A DNA stretch of 64,000 bases. It comes from Bacillus subtilis subsp. subtilis str. 168. GTDB lineage: Bacteria; Bacillota; Bacilli; Bacillales; Bacillaceae. Positions 29,741 through 42,244 of this stretch are shown here, piece by piece (positions within the stretch are counted from its first letter, which is position 1; every line of letters begins with the position of its first letter). The DNA is taken from NCBI RefSeq assembly GCF_000009045.1, contig NC_000964.3:3596001-3660000 (forward strand). The letters are read 5' to 3'. The translations under genes and the position numbers were made by a program. Under the pieces are notes generated by a model. That model made no database searches. It was not told the DNA's origin and saw only the letters and a list, made by a program, of their open reading frames with translations.

Positions 29741-30079
29741 TTACTTTTTTTCTGACAGCCATTTGGCAATAACAGCGGCTTCGTTATCATCTACAAGCCC
29801 CTTTGGCATATTGCCGCGGCCGTTTTTAATAATGCTTTCAATTTTGTGTTCATCGTATTTGCCTCCGACCTCTTGGAGATTAGGCCCTGACACACCTTCT
29901 AAATCCTTGCCGTGGCAGCCTACGCAGCTTTGCTGATATAATTCTTCCCCTTCAGATGCAGTGGCTTCCGTCTTGCTGCCAGTGTCTGTCTTCTCTTCTT
30001 TTGCATCGTTTGATCCGCAGGCAGCCAACAGAACAGAAAGCGCAAATCCAATCATTAGTATCGATAACTTTGATTTCAT
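29741..30079 (-). CDS. cccB: Lipoprotein cytochrome c551
   Basis: 112 aa from MKSKLS. Lipobox LLAAC, heme motif CVGCH, distal Met in GNMP. Confidence 0.96.
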   Translation of the reverse strand: MKSKLSILMIGFALSVLLAACGSNDAKEEKTDTGSKTEATASEGEELYQQSCVGCHGKDLEGVSGPNLQEVGGKYDEHKIESIIKNGRGNMPKGLVDDNEAAVIAKWLSEKK

Positions 30080-30127
30080 GTTGAGAAGCACAACTCCTTT
30101 ACGATCTCTTCCATATTATAACCTCGT

Positions 30128-30973
30128 TTAAGCGCGTTTGAAACCCTCGCCCAGCACCTCGCTCGCGTCTGCTACAATTACAAAAGCTGACTCATCAATC
30201 TGTTTGACGATTTGTTTCAATTTGGTGAATTCAGTTTGCCCAACCACGCACATTAAAATCGGACGGTCATCGTCAGTATATCCGCCGACTGCAGAAATTT
30301 TTGTCACGCCTCTGTCAATCTTCTGTAAGACAGCCTCCTTGACAGCCTGCTCCTGCTTTGTAATGATGAGCGCCATTTTTGAACGATTAAAGCCGACTTG
30401 CACAACATCAATGGTTTTGCTGGACACATAGACGCCAAGCATGGCATATAAGCCTTGCTCAATATTAAATACAATCATAGCCGTAACAACGATCATTCCG
30501 TCAATGATGGCGAGACACTTCCCCAATGACAGACCGGAGTACTTATGAATGATCTGTGCAGCCAAGGCTGTACCTCCCGTCGAACCTTTCCCTAAGTACA
30601 CAATACCAATTCCGATACCTATCCCGACACCGCCAAAAATCGCCGCCAGGAGTTCATGATGAGTGGCGGGCTGAATATCCCTTGTCAGAAACACTACTAG
30701 CGGCAAAAACACAGAACCTGCAAGCGTCTTTAGTCCAAATTTCCCGCCGAGCAAAATGACGCCAGCAATAAATAAAGGGATATTAATAATCCACTGTACA
30801 TACGCTGCTTCAAAACCATATGATTGTAAAATCGTACTGATCCCGCTGACCCCGCCGGCGGCAATCTTATTCGGAAGCAAAAATACATTAAAGGACACGG
30901 CCGTAATCGCTGCTCCTATCAATATGTATACATAATCCCGCAAAATCCACAATGTTTTATTCCGTACGTCCAT
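30128..30973 (-). CDS. yvjA: YitT-family membrane protein
   Basis: 281 aa from the ATG after GGAGG. GGVSGI, GSTGGT and RGVT motifs plus C-terminal DUF2179-like domain. Confidence 0.9.
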   Translation of the reverse strand: MDVRNKTLWILRDYVYILIGAAITAVSFNVFLLPNKIAAGGVSGISTILQSYGFEAAYVQWIINIPLFIAGVILLGGKFGLKTLAGSVFLPLVVFLTRDIQPATHHELLAAIFGGVGIGIGIGIVYLGKGSTGGTALAAQIIHKYSGLSLGKCLAIIDGMIVVTAMIVFNIEQGLYAMLGVYVSSKTIDVVQVGFNRSKMALIITKQEQAVKEAVLQKIDRGVTKISAVGGYTDDDRPILMCVVGQTEFTKLKQIVKQIDESAFVIVADASEVLGEGFKRA

Positions 30974-31138
30974 CATATATCCTCCGTTTCTTCCAATGCT
31001 CTCCGATAGCATTTTAATCCTTCCCTGATTAGATGTAAATAACACCCAAATACAGTGGTAATATGCTAAAGCAGCAGTGAAATCAAGGATATAAGAAATA
31101 AAAAAACACACCCGTATGCATCAGGTGTGTTTTTCAGC

Positions 31139-32309
<1,171 letters not shown>

Positions 32310-34835
32310 CTATTCAGTACGGCCGCAGCAATTTTTATATTTTTTCCCGCTTCCGCAGTGGCATGGGGCATTTCGTCCGATATCAACCACTTTGCGAACC
32401 GGTGCTTTCTTTGCTTTTTTGTTATCGTCGCCTTCTTGCGGCTGATGAGCTGTTGTTTGACCTTGTACAACCTCTTCACGCTCCAGATTGTTTTCAATCT
32501 CAGCTTTCATCACAAATTTTGCGACTTCGTCCTCAATTGATTCAATCATATGCTCAAACATCGCAAAACCTTCCATTTGATACTCACGAAGCGGGTTCGT
32601 CTGCGCGTAAGCACGAAGGTGAATCCCTTGGCGGAGCTGATCCATCGCATCAATATGATCCATCCATTTAGAATCAACGGCACGAAGAACGATAACTTTT
32701 TCGAATTCGCGCATTTGCTCTTTGCCGAATTGCTCTTCCTTCTCATTATATTTTGTGATGATGCGATCCATAATGAGCTCAAGCATTTCATCCGGTTCTT
32801 TGCCGAAGATATCGCTCTTCTCAAGTGCACCTTCATCAAGATAAGTTGTGTTGATAAGATCAACTAGACCGTCAAGCTTCCACTCCTCAGGAAGCTCTTC
32901 TCTTGGCGTATAGGCTGCAATTGCGCGTTCGAGAGAAGACTTGATCATATTTTCAACGATTTCACGCAGGTTTTCAGAGTCAATGACTTCAAAGCGCTGC
33001 TTATAAATGACCTCACGCTGCTGGCGGAGAACATCATCATATTGCAGAAGCTGTTTACGCGAATCGAAGTTATTGCCTTCGACGCGTTTTTGAGACGATT
33101 CAACCGCGCGAGATACCATTTTGCTTTGGATTGGAGTAGAGTCGTCCATGCCGAAGCGGTCAAGCATCGCCATTGTCCGCTCAGCTCCGAATCTGCGCAT
33201 CAATTCATCTTCCATAGAAAGATAAAATTGAGTAATCCCCGGGTCTCCCTGACGTCCGGAACGACCTCGAAGCTGATTGTCAATCCGGCGTGATTCATGT
33301 CGTTCTGTTCCGACTACAGCGAGCCCGCCAAGCTCTTTTACACCTTCGCCAAGCTTAATGTCCGTTCCGCGCCCCGCCATGTTAGTCGCAATCGTAACTG
33401 CGCCTTTTTGGCCGGCCTCTTCAATGATCTGCGCTTCACGTTCATGGTTTTTGGCATTTAACACTTGATGCGGAATTCCTTTGTTTTTAAGCAGCTTAGA
33501 AATCAATTCAGATGTTTCAACGGCAACCGTACCGACTAGAACAGGCTGTCCCGTCATGTAACGCTGTGCGACATCCTCCGCAACTGCCTTAAACTTTCCT
33601 TCCATCGTGCGGTAAATTAAATCCGGGCGGTCATCACGGACAACAGGCCTGTTGGTAGGGATCGTGACAACCTGCATGTTGTAGATGTTGCGGAATTCTT
33701 CTTCCTCTGTCTTAGCTGTACCCGTCATACCGGCAAGTTTTTCGTACATTCGGAAGTAGTTTTGGAACGTAATCGTCGCCAAGGTCATGCTTTCGTTTTG
33801 AATCTCAAGCCCTTCCTTTGCTTCAATCGCTTGGTGAAGCCCCTCACTGTAGCGGCGGCCTTTCATCAGACGTCCCGTGAAGGAATCAACAATAACAACC
33901 TGTCCGTCTTCCACTACATAGTCAACGTCCTTTTGCATCGCAACGTGAGCTTTTAAGGCCTGGTTGATATGGTGGTTGAGCGCGACATGCTTCACATCAA
34001 AGAGGTTATCGATGCCGAATGCTTTTTCCGCCTTCGTCATTCCTTCTTCAGTAAGCTGTACAGCTTTTGTTTTGATATCGTACGTGTAATCCTTCTCCGC
34101 TTTTAACGTGCGGACAAAAGCATTTGCCTGTACGTACAGCTTAGTGGATTTTGCAGCTTGTCCAGAAATGATAAGCGGTGTTCTTGCTTCATCAATTAAA
34201 ATAGAGTCAACTTCATCTATTACCGCAAAATGAAGCGGGCGCTGAACCATCTGCTCTTTATAAAGAACCATATTGTCACGCAAATAGTCGAAGCCAAGCT
34301 CGTTGTTTGTGGAGTAAGTAATATCAGCGGCATAAGCTTCCCGTTTTTCGTCTTTTGACATTGAGTTTAAATTCAAACCGACAGTCAAACCGAGAAACTC
34401 GAAAATTTTCCCCATTTGCTCAGCGTCACGGCTTGCCAAGTATTCGTTGACAGTCACGACGTGTACGCCTTTACCGGTTAACGCATTTAAATAAACAGGC
34501 AGGGTAGACGTTAATGTTTTCCCTTCCCCTGTTTTCATTTCCGCTATATTTCCGTCATGAAGCGCCACGCCCCCCATGAGCTGGACTTTAAACGGAAACA
34601 TGCCTGTTACGCGGCGTGAAGCTTCTCGAACAACAGCGAAAGCTTCAACAAGAAGATCATCCGTTGTCGCCCCTTTTTCAAGACGCTCTTTAAATTCAAT
34701 TGTTTTATGTTTCAATGCGTCGTCAGAGAGATTTTCATAGTCTCCGCGAATCGCATCAATATCGTTAGCAATTTTTTCGTATCTATTCAGCGTACGTTTT
34801 GTTGGATCAAACATTTTATTTAAAATTCCAAGCAT
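32310..34835 (-). CDS. secA: Preprotein translocase ATPase SecA
   Basis: 841 aa with [21 protein letters not shown] and C-terminal [13 protein letters not shown]. Confidence 0.99.
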   Translation of the reverse strand: MLGILNKMFDPTKRTLNRYEKIANDIDAIRGDYENLSDDALKHKTIEFKERLEKGATTDDLLVEAFAVVREASRRVTGMFPFKVQLMGGVALHDGNIAEMKTGEGKTLTSTLPVYLNALTGKGVHVVTVNEYLASRDAEQMGKIFEFLGLTVGLNLNSMSKDEKREAYAADITYSTNNELGFDYLRDNMVLYKEQMVQRPLHFAVIDEVDSILIDEARTPLIISGQAAKSTKLYVQANAFVRTLKAEKDYTYDIKTKAVQLTEEGMTKAEKAFGIDNLFDVKHVALNHHINQALKAHVAMQKDVDYVVEDGQVVIVDSFTGRLMKGRRYSEGLHQAIEAKEGLEIQNESMTLATITFQNYFRMYEKLAGMTGTAKTEEEEFRNIYNMQVVTIPTNRPVVRDDRPDLIYRTMEGKFKAVAEDVAQRYMTGQPVLVGTVAVETSELISKLLKNKGIPHQVLNAKNHEREAQIIEEAGQKGAVTIATNMAGRGTDIKLGEGVKELGGLAVVGTERHESRRIDNQLRGRSGRQGDPGITQFYLSMEDELMRRFGAERTMAMLDRFGMDDSTPIQSKMVSRAVESSQKRVEGNNFDSRKQLLQYDDVLRQQREVIYKQRFEVIDSENLREIVENMIKSSLERAIAAYTPREELPEEWKLDGLVDLINTTYLDEGALEKSDIFGKEPDEMLELIMDRIITKYNEKEEQFGKEQMREFEKVIVLRAVDSKWMDHIDAMDQLRQGIHLRAYAQTNPLREYQMEGFAMFEHMIESIEDEVAKFVMKAEIENNLEREEVVQGQTTAHQPQEGDDNKKAKKAPVRKVVDIGRNAPCHCGSGKKYKNCCGRTE

Positions 34836-35002
34836 TTATAACGCTCCTCTATCATCACACGCCTATTTTAGAGGCATGTATAAATAATTTACTAGTCCAT
34901 GTATACCTCTCATTATCATATCATACCTTTTGTTATTTCCAAAGAATTTGCAAATAAGAAAAACAAAAACCTTCCGCGGACATCACGGAAGGCTTCTCTT
35001 CA

Positions 35003-35572
35003 TTATTCAGTCGGTTCAATTAAGCCATATTTCCCGTCATTTCTGCGGTACACGACATTTGTAAGGTTTGTTTCCGCATTTGTGAAAACAAAGAAATTAT
35101 GGCCGAGCATATTCATTTGCAAGATCGCTTCTTCACTATCCATCGGCTTTAAATTAAAGCGTTTCTGACGGACGATGTCCAAGCTCTCCTCCTCTTCTAT
35201 GTCATCCTGAACCGCAATATCTGTATCAGAGCCAAGACCGTTTGCCAATAAATATTTTGGAGAGCCCTGCTCACGGAATTTACGGTTTACTTTCGTTTTA
35301 TGCTTACGGATTTGACGTTCCAGTTTGTTTGTTGCGAGATCAATTGCGTTGTACATATCCTCGTTATGCACCTCGGACCGAAGCGCCAGATCTGTCATCG
35401 GAATCGTAACCTCAACCTTAGACTCCTTGTCATTGTAAAACTTCAAGTTGACGTTCACATCAGCATCCACGCTATGGTCAAAATAGCGCTCCAGCTTGCC
35501 GATCTTCCTCTCGACATGATCCTTTAACGCGGGTGTCACTTCAATATTTTCTCCTCTGATGTTATAGTTCAT
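35003..35572 (-). CDS. hpf: Long ribosome hibernation promoting factor (YvyD)
   Basis: 189 aa. S30AE N-terminal domain plus KPMDSEEAILQM C-terminal domain. Confidence 0.97.
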   Translation of the reverse strand: MNYNIRGENIEVTPALKDHVERKIGKLERYFDHSVDADVNVNLKFYNDKESKVEVTIPMTDLALRSEVHNEDMYNAIDLATNKLERQIRKHKTKVNRKFREQGSPKYLLANGLGSDTDIAVQDDIEEEESLDIVRQKRFNLKPMDSEEAILQMNMLGHNFFVFTNAETNLTNVVYRRNDGKYGLIEPTE

Positions 35573-35608
35573 CAAAGAACGCCTCCCTTTTATTAAGGAT
35601 ATGTATCT

Positions 35609-35643
35609 ATTTCTCTTTTACCCTTTACAATTCCTGCTGAAAC
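35609..35643 (-). promoter_or_regulatory. Overlapping sigma-B and sigma-H promoters of hpf
   Basis: Sigma-B GTTTCA-N14-GGGTAA (35643-35618); sigma-H GCAGGAATT-N12-AGAGAAAT (35637-35609). Confidence 0.8.
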
Positions 35644-35762
35644 ATAAATCTTTTGTGAAAATTCAGTGAACTTTGTCGAATTTTGTTTGTATTTGCTCTG
35701 TTATTGGCGGTTCGGAGGTATATGTATATGCTGATTGAACGAAACAAATACCTCACACACGC

Positions 35763-36149
35763 CTAATTGATTAAAAAGGGTTCCATACATTGATGAATAG
35801 ACAGCATCCATTTTCTATAATGAATCAGAAAATGTTCCTTTAAATACTCACAGAACTCATGAGAGGGAAAAGAGAAAGAGACCAATTGATCAAACTCCGC
35901 AAAAATTTGGTCAAATGCTTTCACACAAATTTCAGCACACCGCGAATCCATAATGAAGAGAAGTGTTGAATGTGTTGAATCCAAATAAAAAAAGGCTTGG
36001 ATCAGATCTTGGTAGATCCGATCCCCTTCTGTTTTTGATAAATTCTCTTCAGCCTCTATCAAATAACACAACCCCTCTTCGATGGTAAAAAGAAGATGAT
36101 AATAAGCTGATAAAAGCGTATAATCTTCAATGCTCTTCAAGGCACTCAC
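35763..36149 (-). CDS. yvzG: Conserved hypothetical protein, last gene of the fliDST operon
   Basis: 128 aa ORF whose GTG directly follows the fliT stop. Confidence 0.75.
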   Translation of the reverse strand: MSALKSIEDYTLLSAYYHLLFTIEEGLCYLIEAEENLSKTEGDRIYQDLIQAFFYLDSTHSTLLFIMDSRCAEICVKAFDQIFAEFDQLVSFSFPSHEFCEYLKEHFLIHYRKWMLSIHQCMEPFLIN

Positions 36150-36491
36150 CTATTTACGCTTGTCATAATATGTGCCGTCAATCGTAATGTTGTTATAAGG
36201 GTTTAAATACGTCGTATGCATCACACGTTTTCTTTTCATCTGCTGAAGTTCTGTTGCGATTGACTGCTTCAGTCTTTCCATTTCCTTCACAATCAGCTGA
36301 TCCCATGTCAAAATAAGTTTCATCTGCTTTCGCTCTTCTTCTGAAAGCGGCAGAGATATCTCCTGAATCAGTTCAGACCGTGTAGCCACAAAGTCTTCAA
36401 TTTGCTTTAAAAGTTCATCGCTTTCCGGCGTATTTTGTATGTGTGACAGCATACTCTTCGTCTCAGTGTATAGTTGATCTATATTATTCAT
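36150..36491 (-). CDS. fliT: Flagellar chaperone FliT
   Basis: 113 aa helical protein after fliS (ATGA overlap), NPY motif. Confidence 0.9.
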   Translation of the reverse strand: MNNIDQLYTETKSMLSHIQNTPESDELLKQIEDFVATRSELIQEISLPLSEEERKQMKLILTWDQLIVKEMERLKQSIATELQQMKRKRVMHTTYLNPYNNITIDGTYYDKRK

Positions 36492-36889
36492 GCGATCCCG
36501 CCTGATCCGTGCCGGTCCTTCCGCTCACTTTGAATGGCTTGTTTCCAAGCATCGCGAAAATCTGTTACATAACCTTCAACCTCAGCCAGCATGCCCGTAT
36601 CATTTTTGATATTTGCCTGTACCAATCTGCGATACATATAATCGTACATCGCACCCATAGAAGCGGAAAGCTCTATGTTACGGTTAAGTGTAAAATTTAA
36701 TTCCTGAATAATATTTTGCGCTTTAATCAGATTTTCATTTTTACGTTCCATATCATCATTCTCAATGGCCTGAGCGGCAAGTCTTATAAATTTCAAACAG
36801 CCATTATACAGCATAAGCGTCAGCTCCCCGGGTGTAGCCGTATTCACTGAATTTTGCTGATAGGCTGTATATGGATTTTGGATCGCCAT
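36488..36889 (-). CDS. fliS: Flagellin export chaperone FliS
   Basis: 133 aa with AY..N.V.TATPGELTLMLY motif. Confidence 0.96.
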   Translation of the reverse strand: MAIQNPYTAYQQNSVNTATPGELTLMLYNGCLKFIRLAAQAIENDDMERKNENLIKAQNIIQELNFTLNRNIELSASMGAMYDYMYRRLVQANIKNDTGMLAEVEGYVTDFRDAWKQAIQSERKDRHGSGGIA

Positions 36890-36910
36890 GTGTCATCCTC
36901 CAAATTACAT

Positions 36911-38407
36911 TTATTGTACAAGAAGCTGTGATAAATAGGACGCTTGTTCGTTCATTTTTTGAATCGCAGAATCCATTGCACTGAATTTTGAATAATAGCG
37001 GTTTTCTATGGTATTCAATCTGTCCTGCATATCAGTTATTTCAGTACTTATCGAGTTTAAATTTTTTCCAATGGAATAGCTACTAGCTCCCATTGTCGAG
37101 TTCCCAGCTTTAGCTTCAATACTTTTCACAGTACTTCTAAGTGTATTAGTAATCCGCTTCATAATACCTTTATCGCTATAGTTACTATCATTTGTTCCAC
37201 TTGTAAAAAGATTAGCAACTCCTTGAGGATCTTCTGCTATTTTTGCTTTCAATTTCTCTTCGTTAATCTCTAAGTGCCCTCGCAGTTGGTAAGCACTTGA
37301 AGTTGTGATGCCAAATTCAGTTAATTGATAGGTTTTCCCATCCGCATTCACTTGAGTATAAAAGTCAGTCCGCATTTGGTTCGTGCCAGTGCTGATGCTT
37401 GAATCGTTTCTCAGCAATCCGCTTTTCGCCTTCTCCTCCCAGAGCTCTACCTCTTTATCGGACATGGCTTCTTTTTGTTCACTCGTGAGTGGCGTATAGT
37501 CTCGGTATTTTTCTTCTTTCAGCTTTTCATTCAGGCTGTCAACCAGTTCATTGTATTTATCTACAAACTCTTTGATTTGGTTATAAATCCCATCAACATC
37601 AGTAGAAACAGATGTGGTAACAGGGCCTGTGGCTGCAGTTGTATTTTTAATCGAATAAGTAACACCATTCACCGTGAAATTGTTTGTCAGCTTCTCCATT
37701 TCAAAGCCGTTGATTGTGACTTTGGCATTTGTGCCTTCTTTGTAAGCAGTAAGCTTATTATCAGCATCCAAAGAAAAACCAAGCTGACCGGACATAAAGT
37801 CAGCTGTAGCAGAGTCTGCTGCCTGTATGCTTCCTCCTGCACCTGTTGCTTTAGAAGAAAACGCAATCGTTTCTACGTACTCTGTACCATTCCAAATTTT
37901 ATCTTTAAATGCTGATACTCCTAGATCTGAGCTGTTAAGTTTAGAAATCACATTATCAATCGTATCGGCACTCGTCACACTAATGTTCACTGTTTTTGCT
38001 GTTGTTTCGCCAGGCGCAACAACGTTAAATGCCAAATTGTAATCGCCTTGTGTGTATCCCGTATAATTGTTTGCCTTATACGTTGCTGCAGTTGCCAAGC
38101 TCGCCACTTCAACAGTAGACGAAGAATTTGGCGCACTTACGCTTCCTGTAGCAGTTAACACAGACTCATTAGAGCTTGTCACAGTTTTGCTCTGATACGT
38201 GCTCGGATATGTCAACGTATTTTTAGACATATAATCTTGCAATTCTTTTATTTTTGAGTTTACTTCACGATAGCTGTCACGCTGCCATTCAAGAGTCTGC
38301 TTTTTTTGTGTCAGCTTATCAAGCGGCGCTCTTTCTGTCTGCATCAGCTTTGATACGATATCATCTATATCCATTCCTGACGCCAGACCTGTTATTCTTG
38401 TGACCAT
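36911..38407 (-). CDS. fliD: Flagellar filament cap protein FliD
   Basis: 498 aa. [13 protein letters not shown]-terminus and RY..KFSAMD C-terminus. Confidence 0.96.
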
Positions 38408-38424
38408 CTCAAACCACTCCTATT

Positions 38425-38754
38425 CTACTTTTTTTCATCTACAAATAACCCAAGAAATTCAGTCATAGCCGCATAAAAATCAAGCCACCGTTTTGGTGGA
38501 ATTTCGCGGATCACTTCATTTGTAGAGTCCTCTATTACCTTTACATAGTATTCATTTAACTTGTCATGAAGCTCGAACTTCAGATGAACTTGCGAAGGTT
38601 CCAAAAGCTTGTTCATTTCCCCCACCATTTCAGCAAGATTGGTATATGAAACTTGATGAACAGGAACCTCGTTATCATTATCTTTCTGATTATGTATTTG
38701 AGTATCATAACGATCCCAAACAGGTTGTAACGTAGTGAGCCTTTCAATGTTCAA
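38425..38754 (-). CDS. flaG: Flagellar protein FlaG (YvyC)
   Basis: 109 aa with LKFELH..YYVKVI...EVIREIPP. Confidence 0.93.
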   Translation of the reverse strand: MNIERLTTLQPVWDRYDTQIHNQKDNDNEVPVHQVSYTNLAEMVGEMNKLLEPSQVHLKFELHDKLNEYYVKVIEDSTNEVIREIPPKRWLDFYAAMTEFLGLFVDEKK

Positions 38755-38786
38755 TTGATCATCCCCTATGCCCCAATCTATCGTTT

Positions 38787-38813
38787 ATATCGACTAAGTC
38801 GAGATAAGATTAC
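38787..38813 (-). promoter_or_regulatory. Sigma-D promoter of flaG-fliDST
   Basis: Minus strand GTAA-N15-GTCGATAT. Confidence 0.75.
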
Positions 38814-38951
38814 ACATATTTTTGGAAAAAAATCTTCTGTTTTAGATTTCTTGTATGGAAATACATTTATAAAAAGTTAGTGGAGAATCCGGTTATTATA
38901 TCATGAGTTAGTGACAGGATGAGGAATGATTAGGAGATAGAAATTTAAATT

Positions 38952-38980
38952 AAAAGACCCTGGCAACGCCAAGGTCTTTT
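38952..38980. terminator. hag terminator
   Basis: aaaagacc-N-ggtctttt hairpin just after the hag stop. Confidence 0.8.
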
Positions 38981-38986
38981 TTAAAA

Positions 38987-39901
38987 TTAACGTAATAATT
39001 GAAGTACGTTTTGCGGCTGTTGGTTTGCTTGAGCAAGCATAGCTTGAGAAGCCTGAGAAAGAATGTTGTTCTTTGTGAATTCGCTCATCTCTTTAGCCAT
39101 GTCAACGTCACGGATACGAGACTCAGCAGCTGTCAAGTTTTCACCAGAAGCGCTTAAGTTGTTAATTGTGTGCTCTAGACGATTTTGTACCGCACCAAGC
39201 TTAGCACGTTGAGAAGAAACTTGGTTGATCGCTTCATCAACAACTTTCAATTGAGCATCGAAACCGATATCAGCAGTATCTGCTGCATTATCTGCGAATT
39301 TTGTTACGTCAAGATCATTAACTGAATGAAGAGCTGCAATTGAACCATCAGCTTCTTTAATTCCAAGAGCGTCAGCACCCATATCCTCAATATTTACAGA
39401 GATTTGCTGTGTAGCATTTGCTCCGATTTGGAATACCAAGTTCTTTTGATTTGCAGGAGTAGCTGTGTCAACTTTGTAAGTGCCATCGAGCAATTTCTTA
39501 CCATTGAATTCTGTACGATTTGAAATACCATCGATTTCATCTGTTAAAGCTGAAATTTCATCTTGAATAGATTGCAAATCAGTTGCTTTGTCCTGAGTTC
39601 CAGTGTTTCCAGCTTGAACAACTAGCTCACGAACACGTTGAAGGATCGCATGAGTTTCAGTTAATGCACCCTCAGCTGTTTGGATAAGAGAGATTCCGTC
39701 TTGAGAGTTTTTAGAAGCCATTTCAAGACCTCTGATTTGTCCTCTCATTTTTTCAGAGATCGCAAGACCTGCTGCGTCATCTCCCGCACGGTTGATGCGA
39801 AGACCTGAAGAAAGTTTCTCCATGTTCTTTTGGCTCGCACTGTTGTTTGAAGACAAACGGTTCAGTGTGTTAAGCGCTGCAATATTGTGGTTAATTCTCA
39901 T
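38987..39901 (-). CDS. hag: Flagellin
   Basis: 304 aa. MRINHNIAA, LSSGLRINRAGDDAAGLAISE, and C-terminal SRIRDVDMAKE..QLLR. Confidence 0.99.
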   Translation of the reverse strand: MRINHNIAALNTLNRLSSNNSASQKNMEKLSSGLRINRAGDDAAGLAISEKMRGQIRGLEMASKNSQDGISLIQTAEGALTETHAILQRVRELVVQAGNTGTQDKATDLQSIQDEISALTDEIDGISNRTEFNGKKLLDGTYKVDTATPANQKNLVFQIGANATQQISVNIEDMGADALGIKEADGSIAALHSVNDLDVTKFADNAADTADIGFDAQLKVVDEAINQVSSQRAKLGAVQNRLEHTINNLSASGENLTAAESRIRDVDMAKEMSEFTKNNILSQASQAMLAQANQQPQNVLQLLR

Positions 39902-39908
39902 TGTTTTG

Positions 39909-39947
39909 TTCCTCCCTGAATATGTTGTTAAGGCACGTCCTTGTGCC
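39909..39947 (-). promoter_or_regulatory. CsrA binding sites in the hag leader
   Basis: GGCACAAGGACGTGCC hairpin with AGGA loop (39932-39947) and CAGGGAGGAA overlapping the SD (39909-39918). Confidence 0.85.
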
Positions 39948-39999
39948 CTTATTTTGTAACTGGCTGAGTCTTTTGCGCCTCCTCCCGGCTACATCATTA

Positions 40000-40026
40000 A
40001 TATCGGATTGTCTCTGATTTTGTTAA
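40000..40026 (-). promoter_or_regulatory. Sigma-D promoter of hag with upstream A/T-rich UP element
   Basis: Minus strand TTAA-N15-TCCGATAT; A/T tract at about 40030-40042. Confidence 0.92.
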
Positions 40027-40045
40027 TACAAAAATAAAAAAATCC

Positions 40046-40270
40046 TCACTTTTTTTGTGAGGATAATGCGGAGATCACATCGCTGGATAACGCTGCTGCA
40101 CGGTTATTTTCTTCCTGAATGGTCAAGTAAATTTCTTTCCTGTGAATATCAATATGCTTTGGGGCGTCAATTCCAAGCTTCACTTGATCCCCTTCAACCG
40201 CAATCACTTTTACTTCAATATCAGCACCTATTTGAATCGCTTCGTTTATTTTCCGCGATAAAACTAGCAT
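40046..40270 (-). CDS. csrA: RNA-binding translational regulator CsrA
   Basis: 74 aa. [32 protein letters not shown]. Confidence 0.98.
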
Positions 40271-40695
40271 GATTCTCCTCCAATCGGATGCTTTGTCGTA
40301 TATGAGGAGTCGTGTAAAACGACTTGCTTAGCCATCATGTTCTTGCGATTCACAATAATGGGAGCCAATAAATTCGCAGTAGACTTTTCAAATGGCTCTG
40401 CCATAGTCAATATTGTCATGACTTCTACGTCTTGAATATTATCGATATCCAAAAGTTCAGCAGTTGATTCATCAAGATCAAATTCATAATTCTTAAAAAA
40501 GATAAACGGACTTACGACGATAAACGCAAGATTTTCTGAAGTGACGGACTGCAGTGCCACGAATGGAGAGTCTTCTGAAAGCGGAAGTATGACGAACTGT
40601 TTTTCTTCTAAAAAGCCTGGAATCCCGCTTTCAAAAAGAATGATTTGTTCTTCTTTTATGTTCATTTGGCCATGGTACTTCGTATGAATGATCAT
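40264..40695 (-). CDS. fliW: FliW, CsrA/flagellin partner-switch protein
   Basis: 143 aa with F..GIPGF and TANLLAPII motifs. Confidence 0.96.
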   Translation of the reverse strand: MIIHTKYHGQMNIKEEQIILFESGIPGFLEEKQFVILPLSEDSPFVALQSVTSENLAFIVVSPFIFFKNYEFDLDESTAELLDIDNIQDVEVMTILTMAEPFEKSTANLLAPIIVNRKNMMAKQVVLHDSSYTTKHPIGGESC

Positions 40696-40715
40696 TGTTC
40701 ACGATCCTTTTCTTT

Positions 40716-41291
40716 TTACTTTTCGGGTGATTCTTTCGGGTATTCTACATCTATATTTAAATCAGGGTATTGAAGCATGTCAACCTTAACATTTCCTGGC
40801 GTATATTCAACAATTGGCTTATGCGGCTCAGCCTGAATAACAGGCTTTCGCGGCGTAATCTGCACATCAAGCTGTGACGGAGTATATTGTATTTTCACCC
40901 TCGAAAGAGAAGGAGCATAATTTTCGCCTAATTGAATTTGGTGCATTTCAGAGTTCCTCCTTGCTTGTGAAGCGATTGGGTTCCCCTTATTTTCAATCTT
41001 CATAAGCTCGTCGCCTTCTTCTGCAGTGCGTGCTATTCCCTCCATTACATCCTCATGCCCTTGTTGGGCGGCTTCTTCAATTCTCTTGAAAACATGCTTT
41101 CTGTCTAATTCTTCCCATGCTTGTGTCTGGTCAATCGTGAGTTTTCCAGGTGTCACCGATATTTCCATTTCCGCACTCGGCTGTTCGATCTCTAGATCAG
41201 CTTGAGGCTGCTCCATTTTTAAGCTGGCAGGCGTCGTTGTTAAACCAATTTTTCCTTGAACACTATGCATAATCAATCTGGGAATCTGCAT
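40716..41291 (-). CDS. yviE: Conserved flagellar-region hypothetical protein
   Basis: 191 aa from the ATG after GGAGGT; located between flgL and fliW. Confidence 0.85.
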   Translation of the reverse strand: MQIPRLIMHSVQGKIGLTTTPASLKMEQPQADLEIEQPSAEMEISVTPGKLTIDQTQAWEELDRKHVFKRIEEAAQQGHEDVMEGIARTAEEGDELMKIENKGNPIASQARRNSEMHQIQLGENYAPSLSRVKIQYTPSQLDVQITPRKPVIQAEPHKPIVEYTPGNVKVDMLQYPDLNIDVEYPKESPEK

Positions 41292-41337
41292 CACTCTACC
41301 TCCTGAACTATAAAAAAAGCGAACTCCTAAGAGCCGC

Positions 41338-42234
41338 TTACTTTAAAAAGTCAATCAATGTAGGCTGAACAATTTGCGCATTAACGGCCAGAGTAGCCCT
41401 GTGCACACTTTGCTGCGCAATAAATTCAGTTATTACTTCTTCCAGTTCTACATCTTCATTGTCTGATAACACTTTGGTAGCTGTTTCTTCTTGCGCTGAC
41501 AGTCTTGTATTAACCAGTTCAAGACGATTATATCTCGCTCCAAGATCAGATCGTTCAGCGCTCATGCCGTCAGAAAAATGATCAATATCATTTAAAACAC
41601 TGTCCATGCCATCTAGCGAACCAGAATTTAGTGCTTTCTCAAAAGAATCAAGCATTTCAAATACATTCTGCCCGCTTTCAGAAGTGCCTCCAAAAGCTGA
41701 CTTTGGATCTGAATTCACTTTCAATGACATATTATTTGATATATTGACTACGACATCAGCTGTATCAGAAATTGTATAAGTTCCGTCTCCGTTATCTGTA
41801 ACCGGAGGCTTATCTGAATTTGTGCCATTAAAGATATATCTGCCGTTCACTTGTGTATTCGCAATATTTAAAAGCTGTTCCTTTAACTGCTTTACCTCTA
41901 CGCCAATCGCTTGCCGCTCCGGCTCGCCGTTTGTATCATTTTGAGCTTCAACCGCTAATTCTCTGACCTTTGACAAGATGTCAATTCCTTCTGTAATGTT
42001 TGTTTCTGTGTTTTCGAGCCAGGTAAAGGCTTGAGAAGCATTGCTTTTGTACTGCTGCACTTGAGACAGTTGCGTATTATACTTTAAGCTTTTCATTGCT
42101 ACTACAGGATCGTCGGAAGCTTTTGAGATTTTTTTTCCTGAAGAAATCTGCGACTGGAGTTTATCCAGCTTCGAGTAGCTTGAACCGATATATCTCAGTG
42201 AGTTTTGCTGTATCATGCCTTGTGTTACTCTCAT
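41338..42234 (-). CDS. flgL: Hook-filament junction protein FlgL
   Basis: 298 aa with [16 protein letters not shown] and NGRYIFNGT. Confidence 0.96.
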
Positions 42235-42244
42235 GTGACTCTAC

